From Candidatus Latescibacterota bacterium (GTDB lineage: Bacteria > Latescibacterota > UBA2968 > UBA8231): DNA of 64,000 nucleotides. This document shows positions 1-11,231 of this stretch, one piece after another (position 1 is the first letter of the stretch; every line of letters begins with the position of its first letter). The position numbers were made by a program, and so were the translations under genes. The stretch spans positions 736,001 through 800,000 of the forward strand of contig CBDFJF010000001.1 of the NCBI GenBank assembly GCA_965248265.1. Direction: 5' to 3'. The notes beneath the pieces are model-generated. The model did not search any database and was not told the origin of the DNA. It saw only the letters and a list, made by a program, of their open reading frames with translations.

Positions 1-512
1 CGGCCGTCGCCTTGGGAATCTCGGCGCGTGACATCGCCAAGACGTGCGATACCCTTTCCTTCAATCTCAACAAGGGACTTGGTGCGCCAGTCGGCGCGAT
101 CCTTGCCGGAACCCGTGGGGTCATCGCCGAGGCAGTGCGCATCAGGCAAATGTTCGGCGGCGGCTGGCGACCGGCCGGCATTGTGGCCGCGGCAGGAATC
201 GTTGCGCTCGATACGATGATCGAACGACTGCACATAGATCACACCCATGCGCAACAACTGGCAGATGGTCTGTCTTCCTTTTCCGGCCTTAGAATTGACA
301 AGTCCCAAGTGAAGTCGAACATCGTGCTCGTACATCCAGACACAATGGATCCCGAAACCCTTGCCGCCGCGCTCGCACATGAGGGCGTGCTGGTTTTGCC
401 ATTCCGCGATGACGTGCGTCTCGTGACCCATCACGAAATCACTGAGAGCGCCGTTGAGATCACACTGAGGGCGTTTCACTCAGTTCTCAGTGGAGCACCC
501 TATGGCCCATAG
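1..512 (+). CDS. Low-specificity L-threonine aldolase family (PLP-dependent), 5' end cut by the window edge
   Basis: Motifs 'FNLNKGLGAPVGAILAG' (PLP Lys), 'RQMFGGGWRPAG' and 'VRLVTHHEI'. Confidence 0.85.
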   Translation, partial: AVALGISARDIAKTCDTLSFNLNKGLGAPVGAILAGTRGVIAEAVRIRQMFGGGWRPAGIVAAAGIVALDTMIERLHIDHTHAQQLADGLSSFSGLRIDKSQVKSNIVLVHPDTMDPETLAAALAHEGVLVLPFRDDVRLVTHHEITESAVEITLRAFHSVLSGAPYGP

Positions 513-2592
513 GCTTGGCGTCGATATTGGCGGCACCTTTACCGATTTCGCCCTGGTCGATAACGACTCCGGCGAACTCTCAACACACAAGCAACTGACG
601 ACACCTTCCGATCCGTCGCTCAGCGTTCTGACCGGGATCGAAGCACTACTCAGCCGAACCGGCGTCGATATCACCGACGTCACGGTCCTCTCACATGGCA
701 CAACCCTCGTCACGAACGCCATCATCGAACGCCGCGGCGCGGTGACCGGCATGTTGGTCACTAAGGGCTTTCGCGATGTCCTGGATATCGCCATGGAGCG
801 TCGCTATGATTTGTTCGACCTGCGACTGGGCTTCGCAGAGCCCGTCGTCCCGCGGGATCTGCGCGCCGAGCTTTCCGAACGCGTCCTGTTTGACGGGCAG
901 GTTGAGTCACCCCTGAACGAGAAAGAGGTCGAGGCGGCCGTCGAACACCTGGTTTCAGCGCATGGGATAGAGGCTCTGGCCATCTGTTTCTTACACGCCT
1001 ATGTCAACCCGGATCACGAAAAGCAGGCCCGAGATACTGTCGCGAAGGCATTCCCCGACCTGCGTGTCAGCACCTCTTCCGACGTACTGCCCTTCATGCG
1101 GGAATACGAACGCTGGTCCACCACCACGGTCAATGCCTATGTGCGCCCGCTGACGGATCGTTATCTCGAACACCTGGAGACCGGATTGTCTTCTATGGGC
1201 TTTGATGGTCGTGTTCTGGTGATGACATCGTCTGGCGGCATGGTCACGCCGGCAATCGCACGGCGTTATCCGGTGCGGCTCATCGAGTCGGGGCCAGCAG
1301 CCGGCGCCCTGATGTCCGCCAATCTGGGACAGCGAATTGGCGAACCCGATCTACTGTCATTTGACATGGGTGGGACGACGGCAAAGGGCGCCCTCATCCG
1401 CGATGGCCGCCCCCTGCGCCGCTACGAGTTCGAGGTGGCGCGAGAGCACGACTTCAAGCAAGGCAGCGGTCTCCCACTCCGCATCCCAGTGATCGACATG
1501 ATTGAGATTGGTGCCGGTGGCGGGTCGATCGCCAATGTCGACGAACGCAATCTTCTGGCCGTTGGACCGAAAAGCGCCGGCGCGGAGCCGGGTCCAGCCT
1601 GTTATAGTCAAGGCGGCGAGAATGCAACGTTGACCGATGCCAACCTAACCCTGGGCTATCTGGTTCCAGAGGCATTTCTTGGTGGGAGTATGGTCCTGGA
1701 CAGCGAAGCCGCACGTCGTGCAATTGACCGGAATGTCACCACACCACTTCGGGTCGACACGCTCCGAGCTGCCTGGGGGGTCCACGAGGTCATCAACGAG
1801 GACATCGCGCGCGCATTCCGCACCCATGCTGCGGAAATCGGCTTCGACTACCGCCGCTGCACAATGATCGCGTTTGGCGGATCCGGTCCGGCACACGCCA
1901 TTCGTGTTGCCCGAAAGCTGCGCATCCCCAAGGTGGTTTTCCCCGTCGGTGCCGGCGTGTTGTCGGCCATCGGACTCTTGATGACTCCGATCTCCTACGC
2001 AACCCTTCGCTCCTGGCGGGTCAATCTCAAGAGTTTGGATGCAGATGGTCTCGAGGCCGGTTTCAATCTGGTCGAGCGCGAAACACGTCGCCTCCTCGCA
2101 GAGGCCGGCGTTGCCGACGAGCAGATTCAAATCGACAGGCGGCTTGACATGCGGTACTGCGGCCAGGGCCACGAGGTGGAGGTGCCGCTTCCGTCGGACA
2201 TTGACCGCAATGGCATCGCCGATCTCTTCCGCGAAACCTACGCCAAGATCTTTGCCGCCACGCCAATCGATACCGGAATTGAGATCGTCAATTGGAAGGT
2301 GGAAGCGAGCGGACCTAGACCGGAGTTCGCAGATCGCTATCGTCCATTCAGCGGTGCTATGACTTCACAAGAACAGATTGGGGATGTGGGTATCTTCTGC
2401 GACGACGCAACGGGACTTGCCAATTGTCCTGTCTATGATCGTTACGCCCTGGCTCAAGGCCAGCGGATAACGGGTCCTGCCGTCGTCCAGGAGAATGAGG
2501 CAACAACCGTGTTGGGCGTTGGCGACACGATCGAAGTTGATGAAATGGGCAATCTGATTGCGACATTGGCGCCGAGTGGAGAGAAGCCATGA
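502..2592 (+). CDS. Hydantoinase A / 5-oxoprolinase (N-methylhydantoinase A) subunit
   Basis: 'GVDIGGTFTD', 'HGTTLVTNA', 'ESGPAAG', 'DMGGTT', 'IGAGGGSIA' and 'AFGGSG' motifs; ATG at 502 overlaps the upstream gene. Confidence 0.93.
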   Translation: MAHRLGVDIGGTFTDFALVDNDSGELSTHKQLTTPSDPSLSVLTGIEALLSRTGVDITDVTVLSHGTTLVTNAIIERRGAVTGMLVTKGFRDVLDIAMERRYDLFDLRLGFAEPVVPRDLRAELSERVLFDGQVESPLNEKEVEAAVEHLVSAHGIEALAICFLHAYVNPDHEKQARDTVAKAFPDLRVSTSSDVLPFMREYERWSTTTVNAYVRPLTDRYLEHLETGLSSMGFDGRVLVMTSSGGMVTPAIARRYPVRLIESGPAAGALMSANLGQRIGEPDLLSFDMGGTTAKGALIRDGRPLRRYEFEVAREHDFKQGSGLPLRIPVIDMIEIGAGGGSIANVDERNLLAVGPKSAGAEPGPACYSQGGENATLTDANLTLGYLVPEAFLGGSMVLDSEAARRAIDRNVTTPLRVDTLRAAWGVHEVINEDIARAFRTHAAEIGFDYRRCTMIAFGGSGPAHAIRVARKLRIPKVVFPVGAGVLSAIGLLMTPISYATLRSWRVNLKSLDADGLEAGFNLVERETRRLLAEAGVADEQIQIDRRLDMRYCGQGHEVEVPLPSDIDRNGIADLFRETYAKIFAATPIDTGIEIVNWKVEASGPRPEFADRYRPFSGAMTSQEQIGDVGIFCDDATGLANCPVYDRYALAQGQRITGPAVVQENEATTVLGVGDTIEVDEMGNLIATLAPSGEKP

Positions 2593-4145
2593 CCCAGTAC
2601 GATCCCGTCAGTCTCAAGATCCTATGGGACCGCCTGGTCTCGATTGCAGACGAACTCGTCCTGTCGCTCGTCCGCACATCGTTCTCCATGAATGTTCGAG
2701 AGGGCTACGACCTGTCATGCATGATCTTCGACGCCAGGGCACGCCTCGTGGCGCAGGGCAGCTACTCGGTGCCATCCTTCACGGGAACGGCACCGCAGAC
2801 CATCGCTCACATGCTGCGTGCGTTCCCGTCAAACACGTTGAAGCCTGGCGATGTCATCGCCACCAACGATCCGTGGATGGGCACCGGTCACCTGTTCGAC
2901 ATCAATGTTATGCGCCCGCTGTTTCGTGGCGATCGACTGGCAGCGTTTACCATGAGTGTCACGCATCTGCCGGATGTTGGCGGCAAAGGCATGGCGTCTG
3001 ACTGCACGGAAGTGTACCACGAGGGCCTGCGCCTTCCCGTATGCAAACTGAGCGACGGTGGACAGTTGAATGAACTCCTCCTCGATATCGTTCGCGCCAA
3101 CGTCCGCGTTCCGGAACAAACGATTGGCGATCTGATGGCGAACGTCGCTTGCAACGAAGTCGGCGGGCGGGCCTTGCTGGAGTTCATGGACGAGTACGGT
3201 CTCGATGAGCTCGAAACACTCTCCGACGCCATCAACGATCACGCCGAGGCCGCAATGCGCGAACGCATCGCGGAGATTCCCGACGGCTCATATGCCAACT
3301 CCATTGCAATTGAGGGACCGGGCCGGCCGGTTCAACTTGCCGCCAATGTCAGAGTGGACGGCAGTCAGGTCGCCATAGATTTCACCGGCACTGAAGGCCC
3401 TGTGCGAGCCTCGATCAACGTGCCGTTCTGTTACACTCGCGCCCAGGTCAACTACGTGATCAAGTGCCTGACGATCCCCAACCTGCCGAACAATGCCGGC
3501 GCGGCCCGTCCGATCGATATCTCGGCACCCGATCACTGCATCCTCAACGCGCAACCGCCGTGGGCGACCGGTGGTCGACATTCGGTCGGTCACTTCGTTG
3601 TCCCGCTCTTGATGGGCGCAATGGCGCCGGCCCTGCCGGACCGTGTCCAAGCCGACGCAGCAATGATGAGTGTCTTCAGCGTCCAGGGACGACACCGTGA
3701 CGGCGAGGACGTCTCCTCGCTCTTCTTTCTCGCCGGCGGGCTCGGCGCCATGCTCGGGAAGGATGGCCGCGCCGTCACACCGGCGCCATCCAACATGACT
3801 GTGGTCCCTACGGAGGTCTGGGAAAACCGCACGTCCATTACCATCGAAAGGCGTGAGATCCTACCCGACACAGGCGGCGACGGGAAGTGGCGCGGCGGCG
3901 ACGGCCAGGAAGTGTTCTTTCGTAATGACACCGGCCATCTTCTCGAGATTGCCCTGATGGGTCAGCGAACCGAATTTGCAGCCAAAGGGCTACAAGGTGG
4001 CGGCGACGGGGCACTTCGGCGGTACGAAGTCAATGGCCAACCGGTCGACCCCAAATCGCGTGTCGAGCTGTCGCCCGGTGATCGGATTTCGATGCGCGAG
4101 GCCGGCGGCGGCGGCTTTGGCCCAGCCGCGGAACACATGTGTTGA
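2589..4145 (+). CDS. Hydantoinase B / 5-oxoprolinase subunit
   Basis: 'PGDVIATNDPWMGTGHLFD', 'HLPDVGG', 'EGLRLP' and 'GGGGFG'; ATGA overlap with subunit A. Confidence 0.93.
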   Translation: MTQYDPVSLKILWDRLVSIADELVLSLVRTSFSMNVREGYDLSCMIFDARARLVAQGSYSVPSFTGTAPQTIAHMLRAFPSNTLKPGDVIATNDPWMGTGHLFDINVMRPLFRGDRLAAFTMSVTHLPDVGGKGMASDCTEVYHEGLRLPVCKLSDGGQLNELLLDIVRANVRVPEQTIGDLMANVACNEVGGRALLEFMDEYGLDELETLSDAINDHAEAAMRERIAEIPDGSYANSIAIEGPGRPVQLAANVRVDGSQVAIDFTGTEGPVRASINVPFCYTRAQVNYVIKCLTIPNLPNNAGAARPIDISAPDHCILNAQPPWATGGRHSVGHFVVPLLMGAMAPALPDRVQADAAMMSVFSVQGRHRDGEDVSSLFFLAGGLGAMLGKDGRAVTPAPSNMTVVPTEVWENRTSITIERREILPDTGGDGKWRGGDGQEVFFRNDTGHLLEIALMGQRTEFAAKGLQGGGDGALRRYEVNGQPVDPKSRVELSPGDRISMREAGGGGFGPAAEHMC

Positions 4146-4247
4146 CGTCTCAGGCGGTAGCCATGGCCTTCCGTGGCCCCTATGATGGCCAAGTTCGCCG
4201 GTCGCTGAGCCCGACCGCTGACCGTCTTGAAAACGCGTTTGCTCGTA

Positions 4248-4330
4248 TAGGACGTACAAGGGCCCTTTTTTCCTGACGGAGGTATGTGGCAGGTCGGGCT
4301 TGAAAACGACAGTGGGTAGGATTGGTTACA
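4248..4330. repeat. Bipartite intergenic repeat, copy A
   Basis: TAGGAcgTACAAGgGCCCTTTTTTCcTGA-N35-GTGGGTAGGATtGGtTACA; same flanks and N35 spacer at 11232-11315. Confidence 0.6.
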
Positions 4331-4666
4331 CTGCATTGCGTAATCGGCCGGTCTGTTGCTGATTTCGTTTCAAGGCCCTTCTCGTCGCGAGTGTGGTGTT
4401 CGGCGTACGGTTCGACCGAGGATCTCCTGCTCTCAGCTGCGGTCTCGGCAGGTGCAGTCGTCCGATAATGCCTCTTGGTCTTGCAGGTGACGGGCGTGGA
4501 TCCAAGCGTGTGCCCTGCGTGCGGCCAAGGACGTATGCACACTGTGCAGATTCTCAGCCCATCGGAACAGCGCGCACCACCTGAATGGCGTCAATCGGCA
4601 TGAGCACGCAGAATTCAATGGAACATCTCCACGCGACGGACAGACCTTGATCAGGGTTCCCGCCTG

Positions 4667-4963
4667 ATGGCGGGGGGCCTACCGGAATTCTTGAAAGCGG
4701 CCAGTTTCATTCACCTCCATTTGCCATCCAAGTTCTTCATAGATGTGCACACCGACTCGGAGGGTGATGTGCGTTCGAACAAGGAGCTGTCGCTGAAACG
4801 GGCAAGAGCCATTGAGATGATTCTGGAAGAAGACTACGAATTCATCACGCCAAGCATGGTCGAGGCACGCGGTTACGGCGCGGAGCGTCCGATCGCCAGC
4901 AACGACACGCCCGAGAACAGGGCTCTCAACCGCCGTATCGAAGTCGTCGTGGAATGGAAATGA
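4667..4963 (+). pseudogene. OmpA-family C-terminal (peptidoglycan-binding) domain fragment
   Basis: 'HTDSEG...NKELSLKRA', 'GYGAERPIASNDTPENRALNRRIEV'; no N-terminal region. Confidence 0.75.
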
Positions 4964-5159
4964 TAACGGCGTGGGTGATCGACGCTTAGGTATTCCCGCG
5001 CCATCTGGCGCCATTGGATAACCTCTAGCGCGGTAATCACCTCTACAGAGTGATGCTCGTGCATGAGTCTGTCATGAGGAATTCTGCTGCTCGCTCTCGG
5101 CTGTTTCACCCGAGCCGATGCAGAAATCCTTCGAGGAGGCCGCAACTGAGGAGCAGAAA

Positions 5160-6986
5160 ATGCAACGTCCGTTTGTCTCTGTAGTCACCGTCCCCTTGTT
5201 CCTGTTCGCGACCGCGCCGGCGTTCGCCGATGACGATGAGCCCCGCATCGCGATCGCAGAGGTGAATCCCTGGACTCATCTCGATCTGGCCAACGACCCC
5301 GATGCTTTTCAGTTCGCCATCGTCACCGACCGCACAGGCGGCGAGCGCCCCGGCGTCTTCACAGATGCCATACGCAAACTGAACCTGCTGCAGCCGGAAT
5401 TTGTCATGAGCGTCGGCGACTTGATCGAGGGCAGCGCAGACCGCGACATCGTCGATGCGGAATGGGATGAGTTCGTCCGCTTCGTCGAAGCGCTGGAGAT
5501 GCCTTTCTTCTACGTGCCGGGTAATCACGACATCGGCAACCAGGTGATGGCCGACGTCTGGCGGGAACGGTTCGGTCGCACTTACTACTCATTCGTGTAT
5601 CGGGACGTACTGTTCGTGTGCCTCGACACGGAGTGGCCAATACCTACTCGTGTCACCACAGCTCAAATCGCCTGGCTGAAAGACGAGCTTGCTGCGCACA
5701 AAGACGTGCGCTGGACGTTGGTGTTTATGCACAAGCCTTTGTGGGCGTACGTCGACTTTGAAACGGATAAGCTTCGCGACACCGGCTGGAGGCAGGTCGA
5801 ACAGGCGTTACACGGCCGCAAGCACACGGTGTTCGCCGGGCACTGGCACTCTTATACGAAGTACATCCGCAACGACAGTCGTTATTTCATTCTCGCCACG
5901 ACCGGTGGCGGTAGCTCGCTTCGCGGCCCGATGTACGGCCAGTTCGATCACGTAGTCTGGGTGACGATGACCGACTCCGGGCCACGGATCGCCAATCTCC
6001 TCCTCGACGGCATCTGGGACGAGGATATTCGAACCGAGTCCGTCGCTCGCAAGCTCGAACAGCTGATCCACGACCGTGTCGTCAGAGTCGGCACGATCAT
6101 GCACGACACCCAGCGGTTTGAGGAGGGCAAGACCGAGATTCGGCTCACCAACGATGCCGACGTGCCCCTTGAGATTGTCGGCCGCTTCGACGAGACGGAC
6201 CTGCTTGCTGCCTCGCCCGACTCGTTCGGAGTTGTGATCCCCCCCAATTCGGCCGAGCTGATTGCAGTCGAGGTGTCTGCCGATGAGATGCTGAACGTCG
6301 ACGACCTGCCACTGATGACGCTGCGGTGGCGGGGCCGCTACACGGAGACGGAAGGGAAGTTTCCCACAGGCGAAGGCAGCTCGTCTCTGGTTGTCTCTCG
6401 CATCTACGATCTGCCTCGCCGGTCGCAGGCAGCTGTCGTGGACGGCGACCTGTCCGATTGGGCTGAGCTGCCGTTCGACATAAGAGTCCCAGCCGAGATC
6501 GACATTGCTGCCAAATCCTGGATGGGCCCCGAAGACTGTTCGTGGCGATTCGCCGTCGATGTTACAGATGATCGCAAGATCTACCAGCGTGCTGTCGCCT
6601 GGAGCCAGGACGGCATCGAAGTGCGTCTCGACGGCCGTCCAGACCCGATGCGTTCGCGCAATCGCGATCGCGGCGAGGAGCGAATCATTATCGCCATCGG
6701 CCCTGACGAAAAGCTCGAGAGCATGTCGCTCTACCGTCCGAGCGACCTGGATTCGCTTGGCGTCGAGGCGATCGGCATTCCCAGTGCAAAAGGCCACGTG
6801 TACGAAATGTCGATTCCGATCAGCTATGTCGAGGAGCGGCAGGGCAAAGACTGGAAGCGCATTCGCATCAGCATCGCTGTCGACGACTACGATGACCCGG
6901 CGGGACCGCTCGCACAGCTGTGGTGGCTGCCTGCCTGGCGCAATCGTACCAACTTCCAGGGCTCTGGTACGTTCGAGCGGGAGTAG
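5160..6986 (+). CDS. Secreted calcineurin-like metallophosphoesterase with a C-terminal CBM9/DOMON-like domain
   Basis: Signal peptide; 'TDRTGG', 'VGDLIEG', 'PGNHD', 'FMHKP', 'FAGHWH'; C-terminal 'VDGDLSDW'; RBS GAGGAG. Confidence 0.8.
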   Translation: MQRPFVSVVTVPLFLFATAPAFADDDEPRIAIAEVNPWTHLDLANDPDAFQFAIVTDRTGGERPGVFTDAIRKLNLLQPEFVMSVGDLIEGSADRDIVDAEWDEFVRFVEALEMPFFYVPGNHDIGNQVMADVWRERFGRTYYSFVYRDVLFVCLDTEWPIPTRVTTAQIAWLKDELAAHKDVRWTLVFMHKPLWAYVDFETDKLRDTGWRQVEQALHGRKHTVFAGHWHSYTKYIRNDSRYFILATTGGGSSLRGPMYGQFDHVVWVTMTDSGPRIANLLLDGIWDEDIRTESVARKLEQLIHDRVVRVGTIMHDTQRFEEGKTEIRLTNDADVPLEIVGRFDETDLLAASPDSFGVVIPPNSAELIAVEVSADEMLNVDDLPLMTLRWRGRYTETEGKFPTGEGSSSLVVSRIYDLPRRSQAAVVDGDLSDWAELPFDIRVPAEIDIAAKSWMGPEDCSWRFAVDVTDDRKIYQRAVAWSQDGIEVRLDGRPDPMRSRNRDRGEERIIIAIGPDEKLESMSLYRPSDLDSLGVEAIGIPSAKGHVYEMSIPISYVEERQGKDWKRIRISIAVDDYDDPAGPLAQLWWLPAWRNRTNFQGSGTFERE

Positions 6987-7153
6987 CACGCTACGTCGCC
7001 GGCCGGCCCTGACGCAGGCCGGCTGCGCATCTTCGACGCAGACCAGCTTGCTTCGCCTCTAGGCGCGTTGGTCTGACGGCAACACCAACCTCGTGCTTTC
7101 AACGAGCGTTGATGACCGTCAGTTCCTAAATGTGATGGACGGTAACCACTGCC

Positions 7154-7852
7154 ATGAGTGCGCCTGAGAATACAGCGATGGTGATCCCAAGGCATGTAGG
7201 ACTGATTATGGACGGTAACCGTCGCTGGGCGACCGACCATGGATTGACCCCGATGGACGGTCACCGGGCCGGCCTGGAGAATCTGCGTACGATTCTGCAG
7301 GTGTGCTTTGAGTCTGGAGTCGAGATCGTGTCGGCGTACGGACTTTCGATCGAGAACAAGCTTCGTAGGCGCATGGGAGAGGTCCGATTCCTGATGAATT
7401 TGCTCGTGAGCAAGGGGACCGAGTTGATCGATGAATTGGATGCTCAAGGCGTCAGGTTCATACATACGGGAAGCCGCGAGGGATTGCCTACTGGCGTAGC
7501 CGACGTACTGGATAATGGCACCCGACGAACGCAGCGAAACGGTCCCAAGGTGATGAATCTGGTGTTCAACTACGGTGGAAGACAGGAATTGGTTGACGCC
7601 GTTCGGAGGATCGTCTCGGAGAGGCCAAATCCCCAGTACATCTCAGAGGGATTGATCCAGAACCACCTGGTCTCTGGCGATTTGCCGGATGTGGATCTAC
7701 TCATACGGAGCGGCGGAGAGAGTAGACTCAGTAACTTCCTGCCATGGCAGTGCGGGCGCTCTCAGATTCACGTCTTACAGGCCTACTGGCCGGACGTAGA
7801 TGGCAGCGAGATAAGGCACGCCATCGGCACCTACTCTCAGTCGCGCTTATAG
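7154..7852 (+). CDS. uppS: Cis-prenyltransferase (undecaprenyl diphosphate synthase family)
   Basis: 'PRHVGLIMDGNRRWA', 'FNYGGRQE', 'DLLIRSGGESRLSNFLPWQ'. Confidence 0.85.
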   Translation: MSAPENTAMVIPRHVGLIMDGNRRWATDHGLTPMDGHRAGLENLRTILQVCFESGVEIVSAYGLSIENKLRRRMGEVRFLMNLLVSKGTELIDELDAQGVRFIHTGSREGLPTGVADVLDNGTRRTQRNGPKVMNLVFNYGGRQELVDAVRRIVSERPNPQYISEGLIQNHLVSGDLPDVDLLIRSGGESRLSNFLPWQCGRSQIHVLQAYWPDVDGSEIRHAIGTYSQSRL

Positions 7853-7933
7853 CCAAGCGCTGGAAAGCCAGTTTCAGGGAGCAGAGCCTGCAGTCCGATG
7901 AACGGGCTGCTTTGCCCGCATGTGAGCTGAGGG

Positions 7934-8330
7934 GTGACAGAGCCGAAGGATCTATCTCAAAACGACCTCGACCACTTCGAGACACACGGCTACGTTATGT
8001 TTCGTGGTGCGTTTGACCCGGATGACTGTCGCCAGATGGAGGACATGGTCTGGCGCTGGTTCGAACGACATGGCATCATGCGGACCGATCGCTCAACCTG
8101 GGCTCGGAACAGGCCAGGCGGGCTGAGCCGCTACGTCAGATCGACCCGCGTATTCCGTAATGCAGTGGCGGAGTCCTATGTTGCGGCAATCAATCAGTTG
8201 TTGGGAAAGGACAGTTGGCAGAAGCCCAAGGACTGGGGCAGTCTTGTATTTTCCTTTCCCGAAGGACCCGATGGAGCGTGGGATGTCTCGTTCCGAAATT
8301 GGCACTGGCACAATTCAGGTCTCCGAAATC
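7934..8330 (+). pseudogene. Phytanoyl-CoA dioxygenase (PhyH)-like N-terminal fragment
   Basis: 'LSQNDLDHFETHGYVMFRGAF...NWHWH'; similarity stops abruptly. Confidence 0.6.
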
Positions 8331-9153
8331 TCTGTGGGGATCGAGATCGGCGCGTGGACCGACGAGCGTCGGGATAGGGCGGAGTCGTCTCGGGAGGAGC
8401 TGTTGAAGACCACAGGCGACCACCTGGTGCGGGGCAATCTTGTATACGATTGCGGCACGAATGGCATTCAGGGAGCCGTTGTGGCACGGAGTCTGGTGGC
8501 TGACAACCACATCCACAACTGCGGCTGGCAGGAAGTGGAGCGCTACTGGGAACGACATCGCGGTGACCTCCGGGGCGATCTTCTTCGAGGCGTCGAATGT
8601 CCCCAACCTGATCGACCACAATATCGTCTACAACGTGGAGGCGGGCAGCGGCATCTATCAGCAGGACTGCGATCAGCTCTTGATCGCCCACAATCTGGTA
8701 CTGAATTGCGATCATGCCGGGGTCCACATGCGGAAGAATCCGACCCGCGACCGGAGGGGCCTCTGCAAAGACAACCGCATCGTCAACAACATCATCGTGC
8801 AGTGCGCGGTGGCATTCGACTATCAAGTCATGGAGAATGTCTCGGATTACAACATCCTCTCCGGTATAGACCAGGGCTTCAGCCTGGGCGACTGGCAGGC
8901 GTCGGGTCTGGATGCCCACACCACCGAGATCGGGCTGGACATTGCGATCGATCCCGAGGCTCAATGTTTGGAATGGTCGTCACAGACCGATGCGGTCATG
9001 ATGGTGCCCGGCGACGGGCTGTTGAGCCTCGACTACTTCGGCCGTCCGTATCTCGGAGATGAGGTTACGGTGGGTCCGTTCACCGAAGGTTGGAGCCCGG
9101 TATGCCGCCGGTTGAGACTCGCTCCTGGTGATGGATGCGCCAACGTACGCTGA
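8330..9153 (+). pseudogene. Right-handed beta-helix protein, C-terminal remnant with a frame switch near 8552
   Basis: Asn-ladder repeats 'VRGNLVYDCG', 'VADNHIHNCG' in one frame and 'IDHNIVYN', 'IAHNLVLNC', 'IVNNIIV' in another. Confidence 0.65.
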
Positions 9154-9290
9154 CACCCAGTTGCCGCTGCTGTCGGATTGCGACCCGAGCGACGCCGCCG
9201 ACCCACGGATCCATACAGTGACGCCCGGGCGCTGCGTGCGAAACGGCGCGATGTGGTTTGACTAGGAAGTCCCGGGAGAAGGAGACGACG

Positions 9291-10817
9291 ATGGCAGAAG
9301 CAACTCAGAAATGGTCTGTCGGGACGCGCAAACAGCTGCTGTTTGACCATCGCTTCGTCGAGTCGTCCGCGGGTCTGCAGTTCACGGTCAATCCCCCCCT
9401 TCAGCGGACACCCATCAATCTGCCCTCTCTCAGCGCTTTTCACCCCGGCTGTTTCCCCACGGTACTGGATGTCGACCAACGTCTGTGGATGTACTACCAC
9501 ATGACTCCCAAGGAAACGCGTGAGCCTGATGTCCTAGCACACATGTACTGCCTGGCCTACTCGGACGATGGCATCGACTGGGAGCTGGCGCAGGTGGATA
9601 GGTTCGAGGTGGCGGGGTTGGCTCGGAACAACGTGGTCATGCCCGGTGCGAGCGGCACGGTGTTCCTCGATCCCAGGGAGACGTGCGGCTGCAGATTCTG
9701 GTTCGCGGGATCGATGAGCGAGCGCACCGAGCCGCCCTTCTGGGACGAGGCCCGGGATACGTACTTCGGCTATTACGACCAGGGCCGCGGAGTTCACGGC
9801 GCGGTGTACCTGCTTCATTCAGAGGATGGCATGTCGTGGCGCCGACTGCGCAGCGGAGTCGTGGTGCCATTCCGCTCCGACACGAATAACCAGGTCCTCT
9901 ACGATGCCGGCGCCGGCGCCTACGCTGCGTATCTGCGCGGCGCGTCGCCTGAGCCAGGGAGAAGGCGGACGGTCGTCCGTGTGACCTCGCCCGCGCTGAC
10001 GCAGTTGCCCTTCGATTTTGTTGAAGACACTACGTTACCGAGAAGCCCGATGGGGTTATACGACCGGATACCGCCGCAGTGCGCCCCGGAGGTCATGACG
10101 GGTGACGAACGTGATCCGTCAGCCACTGACGTGTACACGCCCTGCGTCAACCCCTACGAATGGGCGAGCGACGCCACCTTTGCCTTCCCGGCTGTGTACC
10201 GGCATTACGACGGGCAGGACAGCCATGGTCGAGACCATCGAGGGCAGCACAGGAACGACGGCCCAGTGGAGGTGCAGCTCGCCGTGAGCCGTGACGGCGT
10301 CACGTTCGATCGGTTCCGCACGCCTTACGTGGGCCCCGGGTTGATGGAGGAGCCGCAGCTCGGGGGAACTGTCTACATGGGCGTAGGGCTGGTCCGGCGG
10401 GGGAGCTTTATCTACCAGTACTACACCGAGAGAGCGTGCACGCACGGCTTCGCGGACCCGGAGATGCGCATTTGGCAAGCGAAACAGCGTCTGGATGGTT
10501 TTGTATCGGTGGATGCGGGTTCGGAGGGCGGACATCTCGTCACGCCGCCGATCGAGTTCGAAGGCAACCGCCTGCAGCTGAACATCGACTGCGGCGCCAT
10601 GGGCGAAGCTTGGGTCGAGCTCCAGGATGAAACCGGCAAGCCGTTACCCGGGTACACGTTCGATGACGCGGTGTCGGTCGACCGGAACGGTGTCGCGCAG
10701 GAGGTCTGGTGGCGGAGAGGCCCGGATGTCGACTCACTGAGTGGTAGGCCTGTCCGGTTGAAGATCAAGATGCGTTCGGCGAAGCTCTACGCGTTCCAGT
10801 TCGTGGAGGCCAGCTGA
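9291..10817 (+). CDS. Uncharacterised beta-propeller glycosidase-like protein
   Basis: 'KQLLFDHRFV', Asp-box-like 'SDDGIDW/SEDGMSW/SRDGVTF', 'RLDGFVS', 'GRPVRLKIKMRSAKLYAFQF'; RBS AGGAG. Confidence 0.7.
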   Translation: MAEATQKWSVGTRKQLLFDHRFVESSAGLQFTVNPPLQRTPINLPSLSAFHPGCFPTVLDVDQRLWMYYHMTPKETREPDVLAHMYCLAYSDDGIDWELAQVDRFEVAGLARNNVVMPGASGTVFLDPRETCGCRFWFAGSMSERTEPPFWDEARDTYFGYYDQGRGVHGAVYLLHSEDGMSWRRLRSGVVVPFRSDTNNQVLYDAGAGAYAAYLRGASPEPGRRRTVVRVTSPALTQLPFDFVEDTTLPRSPMGLYDRIPPQCAPEVMTGDERDPSATDVYTPCVNPYEWASDATFAFPAVYRHYDGQDSHGRDHRGQHRNDGPVEVQLAVSRDGVTFDRFRTPYVGPGLMEEPQLGGTVYMGVGLVRRGSFIYQYYTERACTHGFADPEMRIWQAKQRLDGFVSVDAGSEGGHLVTPPIEFEGNRLQLNIDCGAMGEAWVELQDETGKPLPGYTFDDAVSVDRNGVAQEVWWRRGPDVDSLSGRPVRLKIKMRSAKLYAFQFVEAS

Positions 10818-10988
10818 TTAATGGGCGCGACCGGGAGTGACGGCTCGGCTCTCGCTTGTGATGTGTGGGAGGTACGGACGGCCTTGCCGGGAGGGATAGG
10901 GCCGGCGTGGCGACCATCGGACTATCAGTGAGATGCTCGGTTCGTGTCGCATACCGTATCCGTACGTAGTCAAGAACCTCGTGACGAA

Positions 10989-11059
10989 TAGGAGGTACAA
11001 AAGCCCTTTTTCGATGGATCAGGGGCTGCGCGCTGGGGTTTTGAGGGGATTGGTATACA
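10989..11059. repeat. Bipartite intergenic repeat, degenerate copy C
   Basis: TAGGAggTACAAaaGCCCcTTTTC...GGATTGGtaTACA with a shorter spacer. Confidence 0.45.
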
Positions 11060-11231
11060 CCCTAGGCGAGGGCGGCGAGATATTCTCCTCCCTATCGATC
11101 TGGCAACCTGGGGAACGACGAGCCACGCGTTTCGATCGAACAGGCACATTACCTATTTTTCTTGTGACGGCTGCTTGGGCGAGAGCAGCTTGAACCCTTC
11201 GAGCCGCATTAGGCCATGCTCGCGGGGTTTT

